Positions 10,401-22,400 of a stretch of 51,393 nucleotides of DNA are shown here, one piece after another. The notes under the pieces are model-generated. The model was not told the DNA's origin and searched no databases. It saw only the letters and a program-made list of their open reading frames with translations. The first letter of the stretch is position 1. Each line of letters opens with the position of its first letter. Made by a program: the position numbers and the translations under genes. The stretch lies in assembly GCA_000004985.1 (NCBI GenBank), contig GG738939.1; one strand, written 5' to 3'. This stretch comes from Naegleria gruberi. Lineage: Eukaryota.

Positions 10401-13400
10401 NNNNNNNNNNNNNNNNNNNNNNNNNNNNNNNNNNNNNNNNNNNNNNNNNNNNNNNNNNNNNNNNNNNNNNNNNNNNNNNNNNNNNNNNNNNNNNNNNNNN
10501 NNNNNNNNNNNNNNNNNNNNNNNNNNNNNNNNNNNNNNNNNNNNNNNNNNNNNNNNNNNNNNNNNNNNNNNNNNNNNNNNNNNNNNNNNNNNNNNNNNNN
10601 NNNNNNNNNNNNNNNNNNNNNNNNNNNNNNNNNNNNNNNNNNNNNNNNNNNNNNNNNNNNNNNNNNNNNNNNNNNNNNNNNNNNNNNNNNNNNNNNNNNN
10701 NNNNNNNNNNNNNNNNNNNNNNNNNNNNNNNNNNNNNNNNNNNNNNNNNNNNNNNNNNNNNNNNNNNNNNNNNNNNNNNNNNNNNNNNNNNNNNNNNNNN
10801 NNNNNNNNNNNNNNNNNNNNNNNNNNNNNNNNNNNNNNNNNNNNNNNNNNNNNNNNNNNNNNNNNNNNNNNNNNNNNNNNNNNNNNNNNNNNNNNNNNNN
10901 NNNNNNNNNNNNNNNNNNNNNNNNNNNNNNNNNNNNNNNNNNNNNNNNNNNNNNNNNNNNNNNNNNNNNNNNNNNNNNNNNNNNNNNNNNNNNNNNNNNN
11001 NNNNNNNNNNNNNNNNNNNNNNNNNNNNNNNNNNNNNNNNNNNNNNNNNNNNNNNNNNNNNNNNNNNNNNNNNNNNNNNNNNNNNNNNNNNNNNNNNNNN
11101 NNNNNNNNNNNNNNNNNNNNNNNNNNNNNNNNNNNNNNNNNNNNNNNNNNNNNNNNNNNNNNNNNNNNNNNNNNNNNNNNNNNNNNNNNNNNNNNNNNNN
11201 NNNNNNNNNNNNNNNNNNNNNNNNNNNNNNNNNNNNNNNNNNNNNNNNNNNNNNNNNNNNNNNNNNNNNNNNNNNNNNNNNNNNNNNNNNNNNNNNNNNN
11301 NNNNNNNNNNNNNNNNNNNNNNNNNNNNNNNNNNNNNNNNNNNNNNNNNNNNNNNNNNNNNNNNNNNNNNNNNNNNNNNNNNNNNNNNNNNNNNNNNNNN
11401 NNNNNNNNNNNNNNNNNNNNNNNNNNNNNNNNNNNNNNNNNNNNNNNNNNNNNNNNNNNNNNNNNNNNNNNNNNNNNNNNNNNNNNNNNNNNNNNNNNNN
11501 NNNNNNNNNNNNNNNNNNNNNNNNNNNNNNNNNNNNNNNNNNNNNNNNNNNNNNNNNNNNNNNNNNNNNNNNNNNNNNNNNNNNNNNNNNNNNNNNNNNN
11601 NNNNNNNNNNNNNNNNNNNNNNNNNNNNNNNNNNNNNNNNNNNNNNNNNNNNNNNNNNNNNNNNNNNNNNNNNNNNNNNNNNNNNNNNNNNNNNNNNNNN
11701 NNNNNNNNNNNNNNNNNNNNNNNNNNNNNNNNNNNNNNNNNNNNNNNNNNNNNNNNNNNNNNNNNNNNNNNNNNNNNNNNNNNNNNNNNNNNNNNNNNNN
11801 NNNNNNNNNNNNNNNNNNNNNNNNNNNNNNNNNNNNNNNNNNNNNNNNNNNNNNNNNNNNNNNNNNNNNNNNNNNNNNNNNNNNNNNNNNNNNNNNNNNN
11901 NNNNNNNNNNNNNNNNNNNNNNNNNNNNNNNNNNNNNNNNNNNNNNNNNNNNNNNNNNNNNNNNNNNNNNNNNNNNNNNNNNNNNNNNNNNNNNNNNNNN
12001 NNNNNNNNNNNNNNNNNNNNNNNNNNNNNNNNNNNNNNNNNNNNNNNNNNNNNNNNNNNNNNNNNNNNNNNNNNNNNNNNNNNNNNNNNNNNNNNNNNNN
12101 NNNNNNNNNNNNNNNNNNNNNNNNNNNNNNNNNNNNNNNNNNNNNNNNNNNNNNNNNNNNNNNNNNNNNNNNNNNNNNNNNNNNNNNNNNNNNNNNNNNN
12201 NNNNNNNNNNNNNNNNNNNNNNNNNNNNNNNNNNNNNNNNNNNNNNNNNNNNNNNNNNNNNNNNNNNNNNNNNNNNNNNNNNNNNNNNNNNNNNNNNNNN
12301 NNNNNNNNNNNNNNNNNNNNNNNNNNNNNNNNNNNNNNNNNNNNNNNNNNNNNNNNNNNNNNNNNNNNNNNNNNNNNNNNNNNNNNNNNNNNNNNNNNNN
12401 NNNNNNNNNNNNNNNNNNNNNNNNNNNNNNNNNNNNNNNNNNNNNNNNNNNNNNNNNNNNNNNNNNNNNNNNNNNNNNNNNNNNNNNNNNNNNNNNNNNN
12501 NNNNNNNNNNNNNNNNNNNNNNNNNNNNNNNNNNNNNNNNNNNNNNNNNNNNNNNNNNNNNNNNNNNNNNNNNNNNNNNNNNNNNNNNNNNNNNNNNNNN
12601 NNNNNNNNNNNNNNNNNNNNNNNNNNNNNNNNNNNNNNNNNNNNNNNNNNNNNNNNNNNNNNNNNNNNNNNNNNNNNNNNNNNNNNNNNNNNNNNNNNNN
12701 NNNNNNNNNNNNNNNNNNNNNNNNNNNNNNNNNNNNNNNNNNNNNNNNNNNNNNNNNNNNNNNNNNNNNNNNNNNNNNNNNNNNNNNNNNNNNNNNNNNN
12801 NNNNNNNNNNNNNNNNNNNNNNNNNNNNNNNNNNNNNNNNNNNNNNNNNNNNNNNNNNNNNNNNNNNNNNNNNNNNNNNNNNNNNNNNNNNNNNNNNNNN
12901 NNNNNNNNNNNNNNNNNNNNNNNNNNNNNNNNNNNNNNNNNNNNNNNNNNNNNNNNNNNNNNNNNNNNNNNNNNNNNNNNNNNNNNNNNNNNNNNNNNNN
13001 NNNNNNNNNNNNNNNNNNNNNNNNNNNNNNNNNNNNNNNNNNNNNNNNNNNNNNNNNNNNNNNNNNNNNNNNNNNNNNNNNNNNNNNNNNNNNNNNNNNN
13101 NNNNNNNNNNNNNNNNNNNNNNNNNNNNNNNNNNNNNNNNNNNNNNNNNNNNNNNNNNNNNNNNNNNNNNNNNNNNNNNNNNNNNNNNNNNNNNNNNNNN
13201 NNNNNNNNNNNNNNNNNNNNNNNNNNNNNNNNNNNNNNNNNNNNNNNNNNNNNNNNNNNNNNNNNNNNNNNNNNNNNNNNNNNNNNNNNNNNNNNNNNNN
13301 NNNNNNNNNNNNNNNNNNNNNNNNNNNNNNNNNNNNNNNNNNNNNNNNNNNNNNNNNNNNNNNNNNNNNNNNNNNNNNNNNNNNNNNNNNNNNNNNNNNN

Positions 13401-16400
13401 NNNNNNNNNNNNNNNNNNNNNNNNNNNNNNNNNNNNNNNNNNNNNNNNNNNNNNNNNNNNNNNNNNNNNNNNNNNNNNNNNNNNNNNNNNNNNNNNNNNN
13501 NNNNNNNNNNNNNNNNNNNNNNNNNNNNNNNNNNNNNNNNNNNNNNNNNNNNNNNNNNNNNNNNNNNNNNNNNNNNNNNNNNNNNNNNNNNNNNNNNNNN
13601 NNNNNNNNNNNNNNNNNNNNNNNNNNNNNNNNNNNNNNNNNNNNNNNNNNNNNNNNNNNNNNNNNNNNNNNNNNNNNNNNNNNNNNNNNNNNNNNNNNNN
13701 NNNNNNNNNNNNNNNNNNNNNNNNNNNNNNNNNNNNNNNNNNNNNNNNNNNNNNNNNNNNNNNNNNNNNNNNNNNNNNNNNNNNNNNNNNNNNNNNNNNN
13801 NNNNNNNNNNNNNNNNNNNNNNNNNNNNNNNNNNNNNNNNNNNNNNNNNNNNNNNNNNNNNNNNNNNNNNNNNNNNNNNNNNNNNNNNNNNNNNNNNNNN
13901 NNNNNNNNNNNNNNNNNNNNNNNNNNNNNNNNNNNNNNNNNNNNNNNNNNNNNNNNNNNNNNNNNNNNNNNNNNNNNNNNNNNNNNNNNNNNNNNNNNNN
14001 NNNNNNNNNNNNNNNNNNNNNNNNNNNNNNNNNNNNNNNNNNNNNNNNNNNNNNNNNNNNNNNNNNNNNNNNNNNNNNNNNNNNNNNNNNNNNNNNNNNN
14101 NNNNNNNNNNNNNNNNNNNNNNNNNNNNNNNNNNNNNNNNNNNNNNNNNNNNNNNNNNNNNNNNNNNNNNNNNNNNNNNNNNNNNNNNNNNNNNNNNNNN
14201 NNNNNNNNNNNNNNNNNNNNNNNNNNNNNNNNNNNNNNNNNNNNNNNNNNNNNNNNNNNNNNNNNNNNNNNNNNNNNNNNNNNNNNNNNNNNNNNNNNNN
14301 NNNNNNNNNNNNNNNNNNNNNNNNNNNNNNNNNNNNNNNNNNNNNNNNNNNNNNNNNNNNNNNNNNNNNNNNNNNNNNNNNNNNNNNNNNNNNNNNNNNN
14401 NNNNNNNNNNNNNNNNNNNNNNNNNNNNNNNNNNNNNNNNNNNNNNNNNNNNNNNNNNNNNNNNNNNNNNNNNNNNNNNNNNNNNNNNNNNNNNNNNNNN
14501 NNNNNNNNNNNNNNNNNNNNNNNNNNNNNNNNNNNNNNNNNNNNNNNNNNNNNNNNNNNNNNNNNNNNNNNNNNNNNNNNNNNNNNNNNNNNNNNNNNNN
14601 NNNNNNNNNNNNNNNNNNNNNNNNNNNNNNNNNNNNNNNNNNNNNNNNNNNNNNNNNNNNNNNNNNNNNNNNNNNNNNNNNNNNNNNNNNNNNNNNNNNN
14701 NNNNNNNNNNNNNNNNNNNNNNNNNNNNNNNNNNNNNNNNNNNNNNNNNNNNNNNNNNNNNNNNNNNNNNNNNNNNNNNNNNNNNNNNNNNNNNNNNNNN
14801 NNNNNNNNNNNNNNNNNNNNNNNNNNNNNNNNNNNNNNNNNNNNNNNNNNNNNNNNNNNNNNNNNNNNNNNNNNNNNNNNNNNNNNNNNNNNNNNNNNNN
14901 NNNNNNNNNNNNNNNNNNNNNNNNNNNNNNNNNNNNNNNNNNNNNNNNNNNNNNNNNNNNNNNNNNNNNNNNNNNNNNNNNNNNNNNNNNNNNNNNNNNN
15001 NNNNNNNNNNNNNNNNNNNNNNNNNNNNNNNNNNNNNNNNNNNNNNNNNNNNNNNNNNNNNNNNNNNNNNNNNNNNNNNNNNNNNNNNNNNNNNNNNNNN
15101 NNNNNNNNNNNNNNNNNNNNNNNNNNNNNNNNNNNNNNNNNNNNNNNNNNNNNNNNNNNNNNNNNNNNNNNNNNNNNNNNNNNNNNNNNNNNNNNNNNNN
15201 NNNNNNNNNNNNNNNNNNNNNNNNNNNNNNNNNNNNNNNNNNNNNNNNNNNNNNNNNNNNNNNNNNNNNNNNNNNNNNNNNNNNNNNNNNNNNNNNNNNN
15301 NNNNNNNNNNNNNNNNNNNNNNNNNNNNNNNNNNNNNNNNNNNNNNNNNNNNNNNNNNNNNNNNNNNNNNNNNNNNNNNNNNNNNNNNNNNNNNNNNNNN
15401 NNNNNNNNNNNNNNNNNNNNNNNNNNNNNNNNNNNNNNNNNNNNNNNNNNNNNNNNNNNNNNNNNNNNNNNNNNNNNNNNNNNNNNNNNNNNNNNNNNNN
15501 NNNNNNNNNNNNNNNNNNNNNNNNNNNNNNNNNNNNNNNNNNNNNNNNNNNNNNNNNNNNNNNNNNNNNNNNNNNNNNNNNNNNNNNNNNNNNNNNNNNN
15601 NNNNNNNNNNNNNNNNNNNNNNNNNNNNNNNNNNNNNNNNNNNNNNNNNNNNNNNNNNNNNNNNNNNNNNNNNNNNNNNNNNNNNNNNNNNNNNNNNNNN
15701 NNNNNNNNNNNNNNNNNNNNNNNNNNNNNNNNNNNNNNNNNNNNNNNNNNNNNNNNNNNNNNNNNNNNNNNNNNNNNNNNNNNNNNNNNNNNNNNNNNNN
15801 NNNNNNNNNNNNNNNNNNNNNNNNNNNNNNNNNNNNNNNNNNNNNNNNNNNNNNNNNNNNNNNNNNNNNNNNNNNNNNNNNNNNNNNNNNNNNNNNNNNN
15901 NNNNNNNNNNNNNNNNNNNNNNNNNNNNNNNNNNNNNNNNNNNNNNNNNNNNNNNNNNNNNNNNNNNNNNNNNNNNNNNNNNNNNNNNNNNNNNNNNNNN
16001 NNNNNNNNNNNNNNNNNNNNNNNNNNNNNNNNNNNNNNNNNNNNNNNNNNNNNNNNNNNNNNNNNNNNNNNNNNNNNNNNNNNNNNNNNNNNNNNNNNNN
16101 NNNNNNNNNNNNNNNNNNNNNNNNNNNNNNNNNNNNNNNNNNNNNNNNNNNNNNNNNNNNNNNNNNNNNNNNNNNNNNNNNNNNNNNNNNNNNNNNNNNN
16201 NNNNNNNNNNNNNNNNNNNNNNNNNNNNNNNNNNNNNNNNNNNNNNNNNNNNNNNNNNNNNNNNNNNNNNNNNNNNNNNNNNNNNNNNNNNNNNNNNNNN
16301 NNNNNNNNNNNNNNNNNNNNNNNNNNNNNNNNNNNNNNNNNNNNNNNNNNNNNNNNNNNNNNNNNNNNNNNNNNNNNNNNNNNNNNNNNNNNNNNNNNNN

Positions 16401-19400
16401 NNNNNNNNNNNNNNNNNNNNNNNNNNNNNNNNNNNNNNNNNNNNNNNNNNNNNNNNNNNNNNNNNNNNNNNNNNNNNNNNNNNNNNNNNNNNNNNNNNNN
16501 NNNNNNNNNNNNNNNNNNNNNNNNNNNNNNNNNNNNNNNNNNNNNNNNNNNNNNNNNNNNNNNNNNNNNNNNNNNNNNNNNNNNNNNNNNNNNNNNNNNN
16601 NNNNNNNNNNNNNNNNNNNNNNNNNNNNNNNNNNNNNNNNNNNNNNNNNNNNNNNNNNNNNNNNNNNNNNNNNNNNNNNNNNNNNNNNNNNNNNNNNNNN
16701 NNNNNNNNNNNNNNNNNNNNNNNNNNNNNNNNNNNNNNNNNNNNNNNNNNNNNNNNNNNNNNNNNNNNNNNNNNNNNNNNNNNNNNNNNNNNNNNNNNNN
16801 NNNNNNNNNNNNNNNNNNNNNNNNNNNNNNNNNNNNNNNNNNNNNNNNNNNNNNNNNNNNNNNNNNNNNNNNNNNNNNNNNNNNNNNNNNNNNNNNNNNN
16901 NNNNNNNNNNNNNNNNNNNNNNNNNNNNNNNNNNNNNNNNNNNNNNNNNNNNNNNNNNNNNNNNNNNNNNNNNNNNNNNNNNNNNNNNNNNNNNNNNNNN
17001 NNNNNNNNNNNNNNNNNNNNNNNNNNNNNNNNNNNNNNNNNNNNNNNNNNNNNNNNNNNNNNNNNNNNNNNNNNNNNNNNNNNNNNNNNNNNNNNNNNNN
17101 NNNNNNNNNNNNNNNNNNNNNNNNNNNNNNNNNNNNNNNNNNNNNNNNNNNNNNNNNNNNNNNNNNNNNNNNNNNNNNNNNNNNNNNNNNNNNNNNNNNN
17201 NNNNNNNNNNNNNNNNNNNNNNNNNNNNNNNNNNNNNNNNNNNNNNNNNNNNNNNNNNNNNNNNNNNNNNNNNNNNNNNNNNNNNNNNNNNNNNNNNNNN
17301 NNNNNNNNNNNNNNNNNNNNNNNNNNNNNNNNNNNNNNNNNNNNNNNNNNNNNNNNNNNNNNNNNNNNNNNNNNNNNNNNNNNNNNNNNNNNNNNNNNNN
17401 NNNNNNNNNNNNNNNNNNNNNNNNNNNNNNNNNNNNNNNNNNNNNNNNNNNNNNNNNNNNNNNNNNNNNNNNNNNNNNNNNNNNNNNNNNNNNNNNNNNN
17501 NNNNNNNNNNNNNNNNNNNNNNNNNNNNNNNNNNNNNNNNNNNNNNNNNNNNNNNNNNNNNNNNNNNNNNNNNNNNNNNNNNNNNNNNNNNNNNNNNNNN
17601 NNNNNNNNNNNNNNNNNNNNNNNNNNNNNNNNNNNNNNNNNNNNNNNNNNNNNNNNNNNNNNNNNNNNNNNNNNNNNNNNNNNNNNNNNNNNNNNNNNNN
17701 NNNNNNNNNNNNNNNNNNNNNNNNNNNNNNNNNNNNNNNNNNNNNNNNNNNNNNNNNNNNNNNNNNNNNNNNNNNNNNNNNNNNNNNNNNNNNNNNNNNN
17801 NNNNNNNNNNNNNNNNNNNNNNNNNNNNNNNNNNNNNNNNNNNNNNNNNNNNNNNNNNNNNNNNNNNNNNNNNNNNNNNNNNNNNNNNNNNNNNNNNNNN
17901 NNNNNNNNNNNNNNNNNNNNNNNNNNNNNNNNNNNNNNNNNNNNNNNNNNNNNNNNNNNNNNNNNNNNNNNNNNNNNNNNNNNNNNNNNNNNNNNNNNNN
18001 NNNNNNNNNNNNNNNNNNNNNNNNNNNNNNNNNNNNNNNNNNNNNNNNNNNNNNNNNNNNNNNNNNNNNNNNNNNNNNNNNNNNNNNNNNNNNNNNNNNN
18101 NNNNNNNNNNNNNNNNNNNNNNNNNNNNNNNNNNNNNNNNNNNNNNNNNNNNNNNNNNNNNNNNNNNNNNNNNNNNNNNNNNNNNNNNNNNNNNNNNNNN
18201 NNNNNNNNNNNNNNNNNNNNNNNNNNNNNNNNNNNNNNNNNNNNNNNNNNNNNNNNNNNNNNNNNNNNNNNNNNNNNNNNNNNNNNNNNNNNNNNNNNNN
18301 NNNNNNNNNNNNNNNNNNNNNNNNNNNNNNNNNNNNNNNNNNNNNNNNNNNNNNNNNNNNNNNNNNNNNNNNNNNNNNNNNNNNNNNNNNNNNNNNNNNN
18401 NNNNNNNNNNNNNNNNNNNNNNNNNNNNNNNNNNNNNNNNNNNNNNNNNNNNNNNNNNNNNNNNNNNNNNNNNNNNNNNNNNNNNNNNNNNNNNNNNNNN
18501 NNNNNNNNNNNNNNNNNNNNNNNNNNNNNNNNNNNNNNNNNNNNNNNNNNNNNNNNNNNNNNNNNNNNNNNNNNNNNNNNNNNNNNNNNNNNNNNNNNNN
18601 NNNNNNNNNNNNNNNNNNNNNNNNNNNNNNNNNNNNNNNNNNNNNNNNNNNNNNNNNNNNNNNNNNNNNNNNNNNNNNNNNNNNNNNNNNNNNNNNNNNN
18701 NNNNNNNNNNNNNNNNNNNNNNNNNNNNNNNNNNNNNNNNNNNNNNNNNNNNNNNNNNNNNNNNNNNNNNNNNNNNNNNNNNNNNNNNNNNNNNNNNNNN
18801 NNNNNNNNNNNNNNNNNNNNNNNNNNNNNNNNNNNNNNNNNNNNNNNNNNNNNNNNNNNNNNNNNNNNNNNNNNNNNNNNNNNNNNNNNNNNNNNNNNNN
18901 NNNNNNNNNNNNNNNNNNNNNNNNNNNNNNNNNNNNNNNNNNNNNNNNNNNNNNNNNNNNNNNNNNNNNNNNNNNNNNNNNNNNNNNNNNNNNNNNNNNN
19001 NNNNNNNNNNNNNNNNNNNNNNNNNNNNNNNNNNNNNNNNNNNNNNNNNNNNNNNNNNNNNNNNNNNNNNNNNNNNNNNNNNNNNNNNNNNNNNNNNNNN
19101 NNNNNNNNNNNNNNNNNNNNNNNNNNNNNNNNNNNNNNNNNNNNNNNNNNNNNNNNNNNNNNNNNNNNNNNNNNNNNNNNNNNNNNNNNNNNNNNNNNNN
19201 NNNNNNNNNNNNNNNNNNNNNNNNNNNNNNNNNNNNNNNNNNNNNNNNNNNNNNNNNNNNNNNNNNNNNNNNNNNNNNNNNNNNNNNNNNNNNNNNNNNN
19301 NNNNNNNNNNNNNNNNNNNNNNNNNNNNNNNNNNNNNNNNNNNNNNNNNNNNNNNNNNNNNNNNNNNNNNNNNNNNNNNNNNNNNNNNNNNNNNNNNNNN

Positions 19401-22400
19401 NNNNNNNNNNNNNNNNNNNNNNNNNNNNNNNNNNNNNNNNNNNNNNNNNNNNNNNNNNNNNNNNNNNNNNNNNNNNNNNNNNNNNNNNNNNNNNNNNNNN
19501 NNNNNNNNNNNNNNNNNNNNNNNNNNNNNNNNNNNNNNNNNNNNNNNNNNNNNNNNNNNNNNNNNNNNNNNNNNNNNNNNNNNNNNNNNNNNNNNNNNNN
19601 NNNNNNNNNNNNNNNNNNNNNNNNNNNNNNNNNNNNNNNNNNNNNNNNNNNNNNNNNNNNNNNNNNNNNNNNNNNNNNNNNNNNNNNNNNNNNNNNNNNN
19701 NNNNNNNNNNNNNNNNNNNNNNNNNNNNNNNNNNNNNNNNNNNNNNNNNNNNNNNNNNNNNNNNNNNNNNNNNNNNNNNNNNNNNNNNNNNNNNNNNNNN
19801 NNNNNNNNNNNNNNNNNNNNNNNNNNNNNNNNNNNNNNNNNNNNNNNNNNNNNNNNNNNNNNNNNNNNNNNNNNNNNNNNNNNNNNNNNNNNNNNNNNNN
19901 NNNNNNNNNNNNNNNNNNNNNNNNNNNNNNNNNNNNNNNNNNNNNNNNNNNNNNNNNNNNNNNNNNNNNNNNNNNNNNNNNNNNNNNNNNNNNNNNNNNN
20001 NNNNNNNNNNNNNNNNNNNNNNNNNNNNNNNNNNNNNNNNNNNNNNNNNNNNNNNNNNNNNNNNNNNNNNNNNNNNNNNNNNNNNNNNNNNNNNNNNNNN
20101 NNNNNNNNNNNNNNNNNNNNNNNNNNNNNNNNNNNNNNNNNNNNNNNNNNNNNNNNNNNNNNNNNNNNNNNNNNNNNNNNNNNNNNNNNNNNNNNNNNNN
20201 NNNNNNNNNNNNNNNNNNNNNNNNNNNNNNNNNNNNNNNNNNNNNNNNNNNNNNNNNNNNNNNNNNNNNNNNNNNNNNNNNNNNNNNNNNNNNNNNNNNN
20301 NNNNNNNNNNNNNNNNNNNNNNNNNNNNNNNNNNNNNNNNNNNNNNNNNNNNNNNNNNNNNNNNNNNNNNNNNNNNNNNNNNNNNNNNNNNNNNNNNNNN
20401 NNNNNNNNNNNNNNNNNNNNNNNNNNNNNNNNNNNNNNNNNNNNNNNNNNNNNNNNNNNNNNNNNNNNNNNNNNNNNNNNNNNNNNNNNNNNNNNNNNNN
20501 NNNNNNNNNNNNNNNNNNNNNNNNNNNNNNNNNNNNNNNNNNNNNNNNNNNNNNNNNNNNNNNNNNNNNNNNNNNNNNNNNNNNNNNNNNNNNNNNNNNN
20601 NNNNNNNNNNNNNNNNNNNNNNNNNNNNNNNNNNNNNNNNNNNNNNNNNNNNNNNNNNNNNNNNNNNNNNNNNNNNNNNNNNNNNNNNNNNNNNNNNNNN
20701 NNNNNNNNNNNNNNNNNNNNNNNNNNNNNNNNNNNNNNNNNNNNNNNNNNNNNNNNNNNNNNNNNNNNNNNNNNNNNNNNNNNNNNNNNNNNNNNNNNNN
20801 NNNNNNNNNNNNNNNNNNNNNNNNNNNNNNNNNNNNNNNNNNNNNNNNNNNNNNNNNNNNNNNNNNNNNNNNNNNNNNNNNNNNNNNNNNNNNNNNNNNN
20901 NNNNNNNNNNNNNNNNNNNNNNNNNNNNNNNNNNNNNNNNNNNNNNNNNNNNNNNNNNNNNNNNNNNNNNNNNNNNNNNNNNNNNNNNNNNNNNNNNNNN
21001 NNNNNNNNNNNNNNNNNNNNNNNNNNNNNNNNNNNNNNNNNNNNNNNNNNNNNNNNNNNNNNNNNNNNNNNNNNNNNNNNNNNNNNNNNNNNNNNNNNNN
21101 NNNNNNNNNNNNNNNNNNNNNNNNNNNNNNNNNNNNNNNNNNNNNNNNNNNNNNNNNNNNNNNNNNNNNNNNNNNNNNNNNNNNNNNNNNNNNNNNNNNN
21201 NNNNNNNNNNNNNNNNNNNNNNNNNNNNNNNNNNNNNNNNNNNNNNNNNNNNNNNNNNNNNNNNNNNNNNNNNNNNNNNNNNNNNNNNNNNNNNNNNNNN
21301 NNNNNNNNNNNNNNNNNNNNNNNNNNNNNNNNNNNNNNNNNNNNNNNNNNNNNNNNNNNNNNNNNNNNNNNNNNNNNNNNNNNNNNNNNNNNNNNNNNNN
21401 NNNNNNNNNNNNNNNNNNNNNNNNNNNNNNNNNNNNNNNNNNNNNNNNNNNNNNNNNNNNNNNNNNNNNNNNNNNNNNNNNNNNNNNNNNNNNNNNNNNN
21501 NNNNNNNNNNNNNNNNNNNNNNNNNNNNNNNNNNNNNNNNNNNNNNNNNNNNNNNNNNNNNNNNNNNNNNNNNNNNNNNNNNNNNNNNNNNNNNNNNNNN
21601 NNNNNNNNNNNNNNNNNNNNNNNNNNNNNNNNNNNNNNNNNNNNNNNNNNNNNNNNNNNNNNNNNNNNNNNNNNNNNNNNNNNNNNNNNNNNNNNNNNNN
21701 NNNNNNNNNNNNNNNNNNNNNNNNNNNNNNNNNNNNNNNNNNNNNNNNNNNNNNNNNNNNNNNNNNNNNNNNNNNNNNNNNNNNNNNNNNNNNNNNNNNN
21801 NNNNNNNNNNNNNNNNNNNNNNNNNNNNNNNNNNNNNNNNNNNNNNNNNNNNNNNNNNNNNNNNNNNNNNNNNNNNNNNNNNNNNNNNNNNNNNNNNNNN
21901 NNNNNNNNNNNNNNNNNNNNNNNNNNNNNNNNNNNNNNNNNNNNNNNNNNNNNNNNNNNNNNNNNNNNNNNNNNNNNNNNNNNNNNNNNNNNNNNNNNNN
22001 NNNNNNNNNNNNNNNNNNNNNNNNNNNNNNNNNNNNNNNNNNNNNNNNNNNNNNNNNNNNNNNNNNNNNNNNNNNNNNNNNNNNNNNNNNNNNNNNNNNN
22101 NNNNNNNNNNNNNNNNNNNNNNNNNNNNNNNNNNNNNNNNNNNNNNNNNNNNNNNNNNNNNNNNNNNNNNNNNNNNNNNNNNNNNNNNNNNNNNNNNNNN
22201 NNNNNNNNNNNNNNNNNNNNNNNNNNNNNNNNNNNNNNNNNNNNNNNNNNNNNNNNNNNNNNNNNNNNNNNNNNNNNNNNNNNNNNNNNNNNNNNNNNNN
22301 NNNNNNNNNNNNNNNNNNNNNNNNNNNNNNNNNNNNNNNNNNNNNNNNNNNNNNNNNNNNNNNNNNNNNNNNNNNNNNNNNNNNNNNNNNNNNNNNNNNN